59,694 nt of DNA from a virus. Its lineage: Duplodnaviria; Caudoviricetes. This document shows, in pieces, positions 32,590 to 42,676 of this stretch. Under the pieces are notes generated by a model that was not told where the DNA came from, searched no databases, and saw nothing but the letters and a program-made list of their open reading frames with translations. Where the stretch lies: IMG/VR virus record IMGVR_UViG_3300017991_000122, positions 1 through 59,694 of that record. One strand, 5' to 3'. Position 1 is the first letter of the stretch; each line of letters begins with the position of its first letter. Position numbers and translations under genes: made by a program.

Positions 32590-34131
32590 CTACACCTCGG
32601 GCCAGCTCGTACAGTAGAAGGTCAAGGTGACTGTCTCTCCCCCGAAGGAGAGGTCGTTCCTCGTGCTCACACGGAGCTGGTGCCCCTTGCTCGACTCGAG
32701 CTCGCGCACGGTCTCGTAGGGGAAGGGGATGGGCTGCACGTCACTCGCAAAACCTCGAGAGACTCGACGGAATTCGTCCAGGTCGATGTCCCCGTTCTTC
32801 AGCGCGGTGAGATGCGCGTCGCTTGCTCCGACAGCTCGGACGACGGGGTGAGCCCCCTTGGCCTCCATGATGATCTGAAGCGAGCGCTTGTAGTGGTCGG
32901 TCTGGAGCTTCACCCTCTCGTTCTTGGTGAAGTAGGTGACCACCATGATGTCGTTCGTTCCTACCACGTCGTTCGGGTAGGGGTTCGCCACGATCTGACC
33001 GGTCCTGCCGTAGGTGGTCCCCTCGGTCGGGAAGTAGAGGTAGCCAGCGATGTGAGCCCCTACCGGCATCCCAGGTGAGCGCTGCCACGGCCCTTCGACC
33101 ACGGCGATCCACATGCCGTCCTCGGTGGGGTCGGTCTGGCTGAAGAGAGCCACCTGGTCGCCCGTCGCCACGGCGACTCCGTCGATGGTCTGCGGTCCGG
33201 AGAGGGTCACGTTGCTGTCCGCATGGAGCCGCACGGAGGGGTACTGCGGGGCGTAGTACCAAGCGAAACCCCAGATGTCGTAGTCGATTTCGGTCGTGAA
33301 GATGATCCGGTAGTCCTTGTCCTCGTCACCCACGGAGAAGTCGGCTTCGCCTGACTCGATCTTCAGGACTTGCCCCTCGTCGGGACCGAGCGCGAACTGC
33401 GACCCGCTCTCGTAGTTGTAGGAAGCCGTCACCGGTCCGGTCGGAGGACCGTTGAGGAACTTGACCTTGCCTTCCTTCCAGAGGATTTCGCAGTCGTAGC
33501 TTCCAGGGTCGTCAGGGAAGGGCCTGACGGTCTGCACGACACCCGCGTCCTTGATCTCAGCAAGATAGCCGTGCGCCGCTTCCTCGATCCACTTCTCCTC
33601 GTTGAGCACGCGCCCGGTGAGCATGTCGATCCACCACTGATTGGCAGACTCGTATAGGGTCGGGTCGGTACCATCCACAGTCAGGGTCTCGTCCGTCACC
33701 CGTACGCTGTCGAAAAACCACGAGCACCTGTCCGCGTAATTGCTCGTCGCAATGATCTCCTCGTCCCCCACTCGAGGAGAAAAAGCGACGAGTGGGACGT
33801 CGTCGTCCTGGGTGTGCTCGAGCTGCGTGATGAGGGCCCCCGTATCAGGATCAACAGGCTGGGCCAGGAGACCGGTCAGGCCGACGATCTGCGCCTCCGC
33901 ATCGTCCCGCTCGGCAACCTCGATAGACGTGCTCGAGAAGGTCGTCTGCCAGTCCGCAAAGCCGTCGTCATCCGCGTAACTGCGAACGAACATGTCCCGG
34001 TTGCCCGTGTAGATGTCTCGGGTGTCCTCGCTGTCCGCGTAGTGGTAGTGCGGCCACCCGTTGTTCTGCACGAGCGCCTTCCAAATCACGTAGGAGACCT
34101 TCAAGCGGCGTGCACTCACAACGCCCTCCAA
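32590..34131 (-). CDS. Tail fibre-related protein
   Basis: VRLHADSNVTLSGPQTIDGVAVATGDQV fibre module. Confidence 0.7.
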   Translation of the reverse strand: MEGVVSARRLKVSYVIWKALVQNNGWPHYHYADSEDTRDIYTGNRDMFVRSYADDDGFADWQTTFSSTSIEVAERDDAEAQIVGLTGLLAQPVDPDTGALITQLEHTQDDDVPLVAFSPRVGDEEIIATSNYADRCSWFFDSVRVTDETLTVDGTDPTLYESANQWWIDMLTGRVLNEEKWIEEAAHGYLAEIKDAGVVQTVRPFPDDPGSYDCEILWKEGKVKFLNGPPTGPVTASYNYESGSQFALGPDEGQVLKIESGEADFSVGDEDKDYRIIFTTEIDYDIWGFAWYYAPQYPSVRLHADSNVTLSGPQTIDGVAVATGDQVALFSQTDPTEDGMWIAVVEGPWQRSPGMPVGAHIAGYLYFPTEGTTYGRTGQIVANPYPNDVVGTNDIMVVTYFTKNERVKLQTDHYKRSLQIIMEAKGAHPVVRAVGASDAHLTALKNGDIDLDEFRRVSRGFASDVQPIPFPYETVRELESSKGHQLRVSTRNDLSFGGETVTLTFYCTSWPEV

Positions 34132-34805
34132 ACCACGAGACCCCTATGGAGCTTCTTGTTGTTCTGCTTGGCCTTCAACAACACCTTGAAGTGGACGTCG
34201 AACCTGGCCGGGTTGCCAGGGGGCCGGAACTGCCAACGGTTATTCTTGTACTCCGAAAGCCAGTCCAGACACATATCCCCTCCGCTACCGCTTCCCGAAC
34301 ACGTGAACCCGAAGTCCTTCTTCACCTCTTCCAGGTCTAGATCGACGACGATGATCGAATCCATCTGAACCCGTAGGTACATCTTGTAGGTACTGAGCTG
34401 CCAGAAGGCTCCATGAAGAGCTCCTTGGCTTTCCAGGGAATAAACCTCCGTCCAGTCAGTCTTGGAAATCGTCTGGTTAGGAGTCCACAGGGCAAACCTC
34501 GGGGGAGGTCCAGCCGCCATGTACACAGGCACTCCACCCGGAGCTAGAGGCGTCGGAGCGAGTCCAGCCAAACCGATGATCTTGGCGACGGCGTCGTCGT
34601 CCTTCACCACCTCCGTGGCGTCGTCCTTGAAGTTGGTCTCCCAGTCCGTATACTCGGCGCCGTTGGCCTGCGATGCGTACAGGTGGTCTCGATCCCCCGT
34701 CCACAAGTACGCTCGAGTGGGACCTCCGTCCGAGTAGTAGGTCCCCCACTCGTTGTCCTCCACGAGCTGCTTCCACACGCTGTAGCTAACATCTAGTGGA
34801 TTCAT
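34116..34805 (-). CDS. Virion protein; N-terminus paralogous to 32590-34131
   Basis: Shared VSY..WK.LV..N.W..TG.RD..DW.T.F..DDA.A.I.GL. Confidence 0.7.
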   Translation of the reverse strand: MNPLDVSYSVWKQLVEDNEWGTYYSDGGPTRAYLWTGDRDHLYASQANGAEYTDWETNFKDDATEVVKDDDAVAKIIGLAGLAPTPLAPGGVPVYMAAGPPPRFALWTPNQTISKTDWTEVYSLESQGALHGAFWQLSTYKMYLRVQMDSIIVVDLDLEEVKKDFGFTCSGSGSGGDMCLDWLSEYKNNRWQFRPPGNPARFDVHFKVLLKAKQNNKKLHRGLVVWRAL

Positions 34806-35965
34806 CACAACACCCTCACAGCGAACAGGGTCGCAGTCAGGTACTTGAGCTTGACCGACGTCAGGTTGTCTTGAACGGTGACCCGTACAAGATCGTTGCT
34901 GGCCTCGCTCAGTACCAAACCTTGGAAGCTGAGGGCGGCACCGAGCACGTCCTTGGGTCCGGTGTTATTGATCAAAGGTGTCCTGCCAGGCACGCGGAGG
35001 AAGTCCTCGTTCTGGTACACGCGAAACACTTCTGTCGCGACCGAGTTTTTGATGATCTCGATTTTGATGCCGTTGGCGAGTGCGGAGTTGGGACCGAAGC
35101 TCGCACCATCGAAGCTGAAGTCATCCGCCGTGAAAGTGAGAAGCAGTTCTCGAATGGACCAGATCTCGTCGGTGATGGTCGGACCCACCTCGAACGGCAC
35201 GGGGGTGACGGACCCGTTCACCAACAGATCCTCGGAACCGCCATTCTCACAGAACACCAGGACGAAGGCGCTAGGGTCGGACGGAATGTCGGACCCGACC
35301 GTCGTGACCTTCAAGTTGCCCGAAACGTCCGCTTGAATCGGGTAGAAGTCTTGAATGGTCGAACCTTCGCGCTGCGCAATGATGACGCTCTTGACGAGCT
35401 GCGCAGAGCGATCGTCCTTCACGACGTTCTCGACCCGGTGAATCGACGTGAGGATGTTGTCCCGGTGCAGAATGGTCTGGATGCGAAGCTCGGTGGTGGT
35501 GGTGCCGCCGTTTTTGTAGTTCACCCGGAAGTACTGGGCACACACCGGGAACTGAAAGCGCCTCGTCGGGGAAGAGCTCGCGTCCAAGTTGAACTTGTAC
35601 TGATCGTCCCAGTTAGTACCGTCCGTGCTCCACTCAAAAACCATCCCGTCTGCGTCGCTGTCTTGATCCGAGTGGATCGTGACTGCGACTGAAGCGTACT
35701 GGGAAACGTCAGTGCCTGGAGAGGGGGCAAAACTGGCACCAGGAGCAAGCTGCGCAACGGAGCTGTTGTTCGAATCGATCAGGTTGGCTAGCCCTCCGCT
35801 GACCGCGACCAACGACTCTTCTGTGGCGGGGTTGATGAACGCTCCATCCGAAGCGCGAGCAACCTTGGTCGAAGCCTGAAGCCTGTAGACGGTCCCGTCT
35901 TGAACAACAGCTACCGGGTTGGTCCCGGTCGCATCGTACAGGATTGTTGCTGGAGACTTCGCCAT
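34805..35965 (-). CDS. Virion structural protein
   Basis: Beta-rich; EWSTDGTNW..AQYFRVNYKNG. Confidence 0.7.
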   Translation of the reverse strand: MAKSPATILYDATGTNPVAVVQDGTVYRLQASTKVARASDGAFINPATEESLVAVSGGLANLIDSNNSSVAQLAPGASFAPSPGTDVSQYASVAVTIHSDQDSDADGMVFEWSTDGTNWDDQYKFNLDASSSPTRRFQFPVCAQYFRVNYKNGGTTTTELRIQTILHRDNILTSIHRVENVVKDDRSAQLVKSVIIAQREGSTIQDFYPIQADVSGNLKVTTVGSDIPSDPSAFVLVFCENGGSEDLLVNGSVTPVPFEVGPTITDEIWSIRELLLTFTADDFSFDGASFGPNSALANGIKIEIIKNSVATEVFRVYQNEDFLRVPGRTPLINNTGPKDVLGAALSFQGLVLSEASNDLVRVTVQDNLTSVKLKYLTATLFAVRVL

Positions 35966-36447
35966 CAGGCTATCGTCCTGTTGCGTGAGGTTTCGAAGAT
36001 GCCACTATAGCTGATCGTGTCAGTGACGGTGGCTAGCACAGTGCCGTCGGTGTCGTAGACCTTCCACACTTCCTGCGTGATGTTCACACCGGTCCACGCG
36101 GTGTCCAACGAGACGATCTTCTTGAGCTTGCTCGAGCTCTCCCACCAAATCTCGGAAGTCGGAAACGGCCCGGTAGGCGTCGTCTCCTTGTAGCACCCGC
36201 TCGGAAAACCTTCCGCAGGGCCGTCGTCGATGAAGTGGATGAGCTGCCGCAGCACCTTGTGCTGGGCTTCGGTGATGCCCCCGCCCCCGGTTCGAGGGTC
36301 GAACTCCCCGGCCGAGTCGCACATGCTGAAGCGTCCGGACTTGAACCGGAAGTGCCCAGGCGCACCAGCGAACCCGTCAGGCGACTCCTCTAGGTTGACG
36401 CCTTCTTCGTCACTTACGCCCGGTCTTCTGTCCGGTGTCTGGGGCAT
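35965..36447 (-). CDS. Virion structural protein
   Basis: Coupled ORF. Confidence 0.7.
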   Translation of the reverse strand: MPQTPDRRPGVSDEEGVNLEESPDGFAGAPGHFRFKSGRFSMCDSAGEFDPRTGGGGITEAQHKVLRQLIHFIDDGPAEGFPSGCYKETTPTGPFPTSEIWWESSSKLKKIVSLDTAWTGVNITQEVWKVYDTDGTVLATVTDTISYSGIFETSRNRTIA

Positions 36448-37021
36448 TCTTTCCCTTCTTCACGGGCTTCTGGGCCTTCGAAGAGGGTACCACAGCCTCG
36501 GCCTGACGTCGGGCCTTCAGAGGCACCTTGGGGGCCGTGCCTGGCTCCCTAGGTTTCCCCGACTCCTCGGCCTCGGGCTTGTCGGCTTCGGCCTCCCCGT
36601 CCTTCACGGCTGCCGCGAGTTGCGCCTCACGTTCGCGGTGCACCTTCGACTTCGCGAGCTCGATCTCCTTGAGCTTCTGCATGTTGCCGACCACGAGCTC
36701 GAAGGCTTGCACCTTGCCCTGCGCGATGAGTCGGTGGTTCTCGGCAGAGGCGACCCCCGAGTCCACGACCCCGGTGGCCCGCTGCAAGTACTTCTTGATC
36801 GCCTTCGCCACCTCGAGCGGACCGTCGAGGTTGGAGAACTCGCCCGCGTCCATGTCCTTGTCCACATGGTTGCCGAGAGCCGCGACCTGTTTGGACGCGA
36901 GCGCGAGAGCGAGCTTTGCCCCCTCGTGCCGCGACATCTCCGTCTTCGCCGCCTCGAGCATGTCGTCGGTCTTGCAACCGATCTCATGCACGACGGCGGC
37001 CTTCAACTCGCCCTTGTCCAT
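36410..37021 (-). CDS. Helical hypothetical protein
   Basis: SD AGGAG. Confidence 0.75.
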   Translation of the reverse strand: MDKGELKAAVVHEIGCKTDDMLEAAKTEMSRHEGAKLALALASKQVAALGNHVDKDMDAGEFSNLDGPLEVAKAIKKYLQRATGVVDSGVASAENHRLIAQGKVQAFELVVGNMQKLKEIELAKSKVHREREAQLAAAVKDGEAEADKPEAEESGKPREPGTAPKVPLKARRQAEAVVPSSKAQKPVKKGKNAPDTGQKTGRK

Positions 37022-37045
37022 GGAAAACTCCTGCTATGTCAGGGA

Positions 37046-38623
37046 TCAGCTATAGGGAATGACGCAAAGAACGTCATTGGTCTTGATGGTGAACTCGAAC
37101 TTAAGCTGGCCGAGCGCCAACGAAGTTCCGGGGTAGTAGTCGTTGTTGGCCGCAGCGTCCGCGCCGGGCCGCATGAGCTCACCGTTCACGAAGACGTCGT
37201 AGTCCGTGAGGAACGTTCCGCCGCTCATGTCCGGAAGCTGGGCGTCCAGGTTGGCGCCACCGCCCGTGCCGCCGACGTCGGTGTCCTTCACCGTCGTGCT
37301 CGTGCAATTTGCGTAGACCTTGGTTCCTCGAGCTCCGTGGTTGTACGCCTGCACGAGAGCGTTGAGCAGCGAGACCTCGCCGAAGGCCGTCTCGTAGGCG
37401 TCCCACTCGGCCGAACTGTCAGCAAGGACGAGGTCGGTCGCGTAACCGGAGCCAGCTTGGTACTGGTCGGTGAAGACCAGGTAGGCCCCCGCGTCCAGCT
37501 TGAGGTCGGCGCTCGTCGAGGTGAGCGTGAGAGCTCCCGCCGAAGTGATGGCGCCCGCCGCCGTCACGCCGACGTCGATGGCCGTGCCACCGGAGTCCAT
37601 CGTGACGCCTTGAAGGAAGTCGTTCACGGCCGCGTCGACATCGAACTCATCGACGTCGCTGGTGATGTTCACCTGGCTCGTACCGCCAGCGGAGCCTTCG
37701 ATGATCTGAAAGAGAGATGCCTCGAGGTCGTCCCGAATCTCCCAGATGAGCCCAGCACCCTCGAGGTCGAGAGTCGCATTCGTGGTCAGGTCGACCGGCG
37801 TGGTGCCCTGACCGTTGTAGGCGACCTGACGAGTGACAACCGCCGAACCAGGGGTGTCCAGCACGGCGCCCCGGAGGAAGTCCTGCTCGTTCAAGTCGTC
37901 AAGTCCGACACGTTCTGCCGAGCAGTAGTTGATCGTCTTGCCGTTCATGTCGGCAGCGGCAACAAGCTGGAGTCCGTCACCGGTTGCGTTGACCACGACG
38001 AAGGAGATCTGCGCACGGTTCGGGGTCGAGCCCGTCATGGTGCTGCCGTCCGTCGTCGACTCCGACTGAAGCAAACCCCACACCCGCTTGCCCGTAGAGT
38101 CCAAGACGGGGTCGCGCGTCGTCCCATCCACAATCTCGACCATGTTCTTCGGAGCGATGGCGTTCGTGCCGACCACCACATCCGTCGCAGAGAACGTGCC
38201 GAAAGTAGTAGCGGATGCCACCACGGTGCCCAGCGTGGTGACGGCACCGATGGCCGCAGTCGTGTTCGCCGGGAGCTCACCGAGCGCCAGGATGACACCT
38301 TGAACCGAACCCAACGGCCCCACATCCGTCAGGTTGCAAGCCGCCCGCAGTACGCGCTTGCGCTCGAGGTCGTGGAGGTCTTGGTTCAGGCCGTCGACCG
38401 CACGCTGCGCGCCGCCTTCGAACGTCGAAGGAGTCGCGATGGTGTCGTACCAGTTGCCCGTCTGTAGCTTCAGCAGAAGGTGAGTCATCGACCTCAAGTT
38501 GTTGAGGTCGTCCTCGATGTTGACGGGGTTGGTCTCGTAGTTCGCGAGACTCGGAGCAACGTTGTCGGTGTACGCGTCCGACTTCCGAATCTGCGTATCC
38601 TGGCGGATGAAGGTGCGGGCCAT
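37046..38623 (-). CDS. Virion structural (fibre-like) protein
   Basis: T/G/A-rich; C-terminal VFVNGEL..DY module. Confidence 0.75.
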   Translation of the reverse strand: MARTFIRQDTQIRKSDAYTDNVAPSLANYETNPVNIEDDLNNLRSMTHLLLKLQTGNWYDTIATPSTFEGGAQRAVDGLNQDLHDLERKRVLRAACNLTDVGPLGSVQGVILALGELPANTTAAIGAVTTLGTVVASATTFGTFSATDVVVGTNAIAPKNMVEIVDGTTRDPVLDSTGKRVWGLLQSESTTDGSTMTGSTPNRAQISFVVVNATGDGLQLVAAADMNGKTINYCSAERVGLDDLNEQDFLRGAVLDTPGSAVVTRQVAYNGQGTTPVDLTTNATLDLEGAGLIWEIRDDLEASLFQIIEGSAGGTSQVNITSDVDEFDVDAAVNDFLQGVTMDSGGTAIDVGVTAAGAITSAGALTLTSTSADLKLDAGAYLVFTDQYQAGSGYATDLVLADSSAEWDAYETAFGEVSLLNALVQAYNHGARGTKVYANCTSTTVKDTDVGGTGGGANLDAQLPDMSGGTFLTDYDVFVNGELMRPGADAAANNDYYPGTSLALGQLKFEFTIKTNDVLCVIPYS

Positions 38624-38675
38624 CTGTTCTACCTCCTGGGGGTTATGTCCAGCTTACAGCCGCGCGGCCGTTCCT

Positions 38676-40910
38676 TCAACCCAACGTGTCGATGAGAACA
38701 GTGTGTGCCTCGGGCGTAACCGTGATGGAGCCCGGCGTCTTCGTGATGACCTCGCGCGTCTCGATGATGAGGTTGCCGTCCGTGTCGAGTTTGTCAGTCT
38801 GAACCGTCGATGTGAGAGCCGTGGTGTAGCCGTCGATCGTCACGTTCACGAAGCCTACACCTTCGACAGCACCGATGGGTTTGGACAGGTCGGATACGTA
38901 CAGGGAGATGCCGAAAAGCCTGTCCTTGAGCACACCGTCGATGACCGCCTCGACCGCGACTCGGGTCTTTTCCAGGGAGTAGCCAGCCAAGATGCCGATG
39001 CGCACAGTCACCCAGGGGTAGACCAGGAAGCTCTCGCCCGACACTACGGAAACGGTCTGAGTCACTTCCTTGCGAGCGTCGAGGTAGTCCTGAAGAGCTC
39101 CGACCAACCCGTTCGAAGGGCCCGTGTAGAAGCCTGCCGAGTCCTTCACCAGGATGGGGACCGACACCAGGTTCGCCTTGCAGTCGGCCGACAAGATCTT
39201 GTCCACGTGCGCTTCGATTTCCTCGAGCGCGTTCGCGATGACCGCCGCCGAGTTGCCGGTCAGGGAAGGGTCGAGCGTGTCGGCTGCTCCCTCGAGCGTG
39301 ACTCGGTACGAGAGGTAGAGGCCCGTGCTGTCGGCCGGCGTCGTCGCGTCGTAGGCACCGATGAGCGCCACGACGTTGGCTCGAGCATCCTCGATGGCCT
39401 TGAGGTTGGAGTCCGAACCGTCGAGCCGCAGAGCCGTCGTCGAGGTACCGATCTTGTCGACCTCGTCCTTGATGACCCCGCCCGCCGCGACCTGCGTGTC
39501 GGCCGCGCTTCGGATGAGCGCGGTCTTCGACTTGATCGAGTCGAGGTACGCGATGAGGGTGGCCGCGTCGCCCGACGTGAGCTGACTGGGAGAAGCCGTG
39601 GGGAAGCCGTTGATGTCCGCAGCAGCAGCGTTCGCCTCGGAGTCCACGTCGAGAGTCAGGTTCCGGTTGCCTCGGATGCCGGTGATGACCGCGTCCGCGT
39701 TCGACGAGATAGAGGAAACGTTCGTCCCCACCTCTCCGAGCTGCGTGGAGATGTCGTCGGTGTCGTCCAGCATCTGCTCGAGCGTGTGGTCCGTGTCCGA
39801 AGCGTTCGTCGCGATCTCGCTCCGGATGGTGGCTACCGGAGTCTCGAGAGACGACTCGACGAGAAGAAGGAGAGCCTTGAGCGTCAGGTCGTTCTCGGCC
39901 GAGCGGGGCGAGAGTGCCTGCGCAACCGACACCCGACCGTACAGAGGGTCGGCGAAAGAGCCCGCGAGCGCCTCGTAGTCCGGACGGGTGATTGCCACGC
40001 GCCGACTGTTGAAAACTCTCCCCGCGAAGGACTTCGCTCGATCCACGGCCTCGAGGTTGTCGCCGCCGCGCGTCTTGTTCGGCTGCTCGATGGTCAGGCT
40101 GATTGACGTCCCCGAGATGACGAGCTCGGTCGTCACCTCCTCGATGGTGCCTGCCGTCACGTTGCCGAGCTGGCCGGCGCACACGACGTAGGTGACCGTG
40201 ATGGAGGCGTTCGTCGCCGGGATGTTGCCCGCCACGGAGTCGCCGAAGCGGACCGTCGCCGGGTCGTCGTTGTACCCCACCTCGAACTGGTCGGTCTGCT
40301 CGAAGTCGATGAAGTCGACTTCCTCCCAGTCAGCACCGTCGACCACCACTTCGACCGACCCCGCCGCCACGTACCGGTCGTCCGGCACCCGGCGAAGTTC
40401 GAACACCTGGTTGGCAGAACCATCCGAAGTGAACGTCTCGACGATCGTCTCACCTTCGTAGATGGGGACCTGCTTGATGGTGCCGGCCGTCTGCTCAGCG
40501 GGGCTCCACGTGACCTCCTTGCCAACCTCAAAGATCAAGTCGTTCGGCCCGTTGAACTGGAAGCCCTGCACAAGAGGGATGCTGAATGCCTGGGGGTTGT
40601 CGATAGAGATGTTCAGGTCCGTGCTCGAGGAGACAGCGCCTCCCATCTTGTAGCCGAGCTGGCGGGAGATCCTCGCGACCGCACGGCGCGTCCGAGCCGT
40701 GGACAGGTAGACCTCCGTCGCACGCCGGTCCAGGTAGAAGCTCAAGGTGTCCAGGCCGAAGGCGATGATGTCCAGAAGCATCATGCCCAGGGAGGCGAGC
40801 GCGAAGTCGTTGTAGTCGGCAGCAAACTTGATCTGAAGCCGTGCCCGCAGGTCGTCCACGTGCGTGTCGAAGTCGAACCCTGCGTACCGAACACGATTGA
40901 TCGAAGACAT
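38676..40910 (-). CDS. Baseplate wedge subunit (T4 gp6/P2 gpJ-like)
   Basis: YAGFDFD..YLDRRATEVYLSTA..FGDSVAGNIP..RVAITRPDYEALA. Confidence 0.9.
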   Translation of the reverse strand: MSSINRVRYAGFDFDTHVDDLRARLQIKFAADYNDFALASLGMMLLDIIAFGLDTLSFYLDRRATEVYLSTARTRRAVARISRQLGYKMGGAVSSSTDLNISIDNPQAFSIPLVQGFQFNGPNDLIFEVGKEVTWSPAEQTAGTIKQVPIYEGETIVETFTSDGSANQVFELRRVPDDRYVAAGSVEVVVDGADWEEVDFIDFEQTDQFEVGYNDDPATVRFGDSVAGNIPATNASITVTYVVCAGQLGNVTAGTIEEVTTELVISGTSISLTIEQPNKTRGGDNLEAVDRAKSFAGRVFNSRRVAITRPDYEALAGSFADPLYGRVSVAQALSPRSAENDLTLKALLLLVESSLETPVATIRSEIATNASDTDHTLEQMLDDTDDISTQLGEVGTNVSSISSNADAVITGIRGNRNLTLDVDSEANAAAADINGFPTASPSQLTSGDAATLIAYLDSIKSKTALIRSAADTQVAAGGVIKDEVDKIGTSTTALRLDGSDSNLKAIEDARANVVALIGAYDATTPADSTGLYLSYRVTLEGAADTLDPSLTGNSAAVIANALEEIEAHVDKILSADCKANLVSVPILVKDSAGFYTGPSNGLVGALQDYLDARKEVTQTVSVVSGESFLVYPWVTVRIGILAGYSLEKTRVAVEAVIDGVLKDRLFGISLYVSDLSKPIGAVEGVGFVNVTIDGYTTALTSTVQTDKLDTDGNLIIETREVITKTPGSITVTPEAHTVLIDTLG

Positions 40911-40917
40911 GAATCAC

Positions 40918-41328
40918 CTACGGGGTGGGAGCGGGACCTTGCTGAGTGCCTACGACGAGCGCCGTGGACTCCGCTGTCTGCGTCGCCGGGATGACGTAGT
41001 GCATGGTGATGATAACAGAAGAGTCCTGCTCGTCATGGTCTCTCCGACTGACGTTCACCTTGCGCACGACCACGCGCGGCTCGTTCTTGCCCACAGTGCT
41101 CGAGACGGTGTTCCGGATGAGCGTCGAGAGCAAATCGTTGTTCGTCTCGAACACGTAGCTGAAGGCGTCGGAACCGAGCTCGGGGCGCATGACCCGCTCG
41201 CCTCGAGAAGTGAGGATGAGCTGAATCAAGTCATCACGTATGAGCTCGTTGTCGGTCGCCTGCCGAGGAAGCGAACCGGTGCCCTTCTGGAAGGGGAACT
41301 TGAGACCGCGAAAGAGGTTGGTTGTCAT
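40918..41328 (-). CDS. Baseplate gp25/GPW-like protein
   Basis: GLKFPF..LILTSRGERVMRPELGS..EPRV. Confidence 0.92.
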   Translation of the reverse strand: MTTNLFRGLKFPFQKGTGSLPRQATDNELIRDDLIQLILTSRGERVMRPELGSDAFSYVFETNNDLLSTLIRNTVSSTVGKNEPRVVVRKVNVSRRDHDEQDSSVIITMHYVIPATQTAESTALVVGTQQGPAPTP

Positions 41329-41338
41329 GGCTTCACTC

Positions 41339-41707
41339 CTACGCGATTAGGTCCAGAGGACAAGGTGGCAAAGAGGGTAGCGCCGGAAGGCTCGGCAGGG
41401 CAGGCAGACCCGGTAGGCCCGGAAGTCCGGGCAGGGAGAGGGACGGAAATGGTATCGACGGGAACGGGATGTCGATCGTCGGAAGTGAGGGGAGCTTCGG
41501 CAACGAAGGTAATGCTGGCAACCCAGGGAGTCCCGGCAGGCCGGGCAGAGAAATAGAGGGGAAAGGGATTGACGGGAACGGGATGTCGATAGTGGGCAGG
41601 CTCGGGAGTTTGGGAAGTGAGGGGAGCGCAGGCAGCCCTGGAAGGCCAGGCAACCCAGGCAACGCGATCGTCGGAGGGAAGGGTGGAAGCTGACAGAGTG
41701 ATGCCAT
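41339..41707 (-). CDS. Pro/Leu-rich repeat protein
   Basis: (LPxLPx)n with a tandemly duplicated 38-aa unit; terminal Cys residues. Confidence 0.7.
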   Translation of the reverse strand: MASLCQLPPFPPTIALPGLPGLPGLPALPSLPKLPSLPTIDIPFPSIPFPSISLPGLPGLPGLPALPSLPKLPSLPTIDIPFPSIPFPSLSLPGLPGLPGLPALPSLPALPSLPPCPLDLIA

Positions 41708-41713
41708 CGGAAG

Positions 41714-42676
41714 TCACTTGATCTTTACCACCTGGGATTTGCCCGCCGGGGGAGGGGGGACCGTGGGAGGCGTGGTCGGCGCCGTGGCTCCGGTAGCAGT
41801 GTGGATATGCGACGCCAGCCAGGGCAAAACGATCTCAGCGATCAACGGGGAGAAGGCTGCTAGGTCCGTGAGGAACACTCCCGCGCCCTTCAGGTTGATG
41901 TTCGGCGCGTTGATGTTGACGTTCTTCGACGCGACGAGGTCGATGGAGCCTGCCCCGTCGAGCTTGATGTAGTCGGCAGGGTCGCCCGCAGACATCATGA
42001 CGCCGTCGCTCGTCATGGTGAAGAGGTAACCCTGCTTCGACTGGATCATGATCTCGCTCGTCTCGACGTTGAACGAGAGCATCGAACCGTCCGACGCTCG
42101 GAGCTGGATGCCCTTCTCGTCGAAGTAGAGCGTCGCCACGTCGTCGCCGGCCGCGATGTCCTTCGCCACCTTGTCAGGGTCGTCCTTCGCCGGGTCGCCA
42201 TCCGCAATCTTGTGCCAGGTGAGGCTCACCTTCTCCTCGCCCGGTGCGTCGTTGAACAGGAGTTGGTGACCGGCCCTCGAGCGGAAGCCTCTCTTCTGGG
42301 GCTTGCCGTCCACGTACCCGAAGGCGCTAGGAACGGGGCTCTTCGTGTTCGGCTCCGTGAACCAGCCTCCAAAGTACGCCTTGGGCTTGGAGGGGTCGCC
42401 ATGGTCGAATACCACGCGAACGAACGAACCCACGAGAGGGGGGTTGAACCAGCCCATGCGCTCACCCGTCACATCCGTCGCGGGAGACACCCACACGTCA
42501 AGAGCCTTCTTGGGGTCGTGACCGACCTCGGGGCACGTGATCTGGATACGATGCCGCTCTTCCGGGTCGTCGTTCCTCATGACGATGCCCCGGTAGATCC
42601 CGTAGAACGTGCGGAAAGCCGCCTCGAGCCCCTTATCGCGAACGGTGTCCAGAAGGACTTCGAAAGGACTTGCCAT
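41714..42676 (-). CDS. Baseplate spike (gp5/VgrG OB-fold, gpV)
   Basis: YGIYRGIVMRNDDPE..PLVGSFVRVVFDHGDPSKP..SRAGH..HIH. Confidence 0.9.
   Translation of the reverse strand: MASPFEVLLDTVRDKGLEAAFRTFYGIYRGIVMRNDDPEERHRIQITCPEVGHDPKKALDVWVSPATDVTGERMGWFNPPLVGSFVRVVFDHGDPSKPKAYFGGWFTEPNTKSPVPSAFGYVDGKPQKRGFRSRAGHQLLFNDAPGEEKVSLTWHKIADGDPAKDDPDKVAKDIAAGDDVATLYFDEKGIQLRASDGSMLSFNVETSEIMIQSKQGYLFTMTSDGVMMSAGDPADYIKLDGAGSIDLVASKNVNINAPNINLKGAGVFLTDLAAFSPLIAEIVLPWLASHIHTATGATAPTTPPTVPPPPAGKSQVVKIK

Noticed and set aside
41322-41693. Collagen-like Gly-X-Y plus-strand ORF
   Set aside because: It is the reverse complement of the Pro-repeat gene, which fits the operon direction
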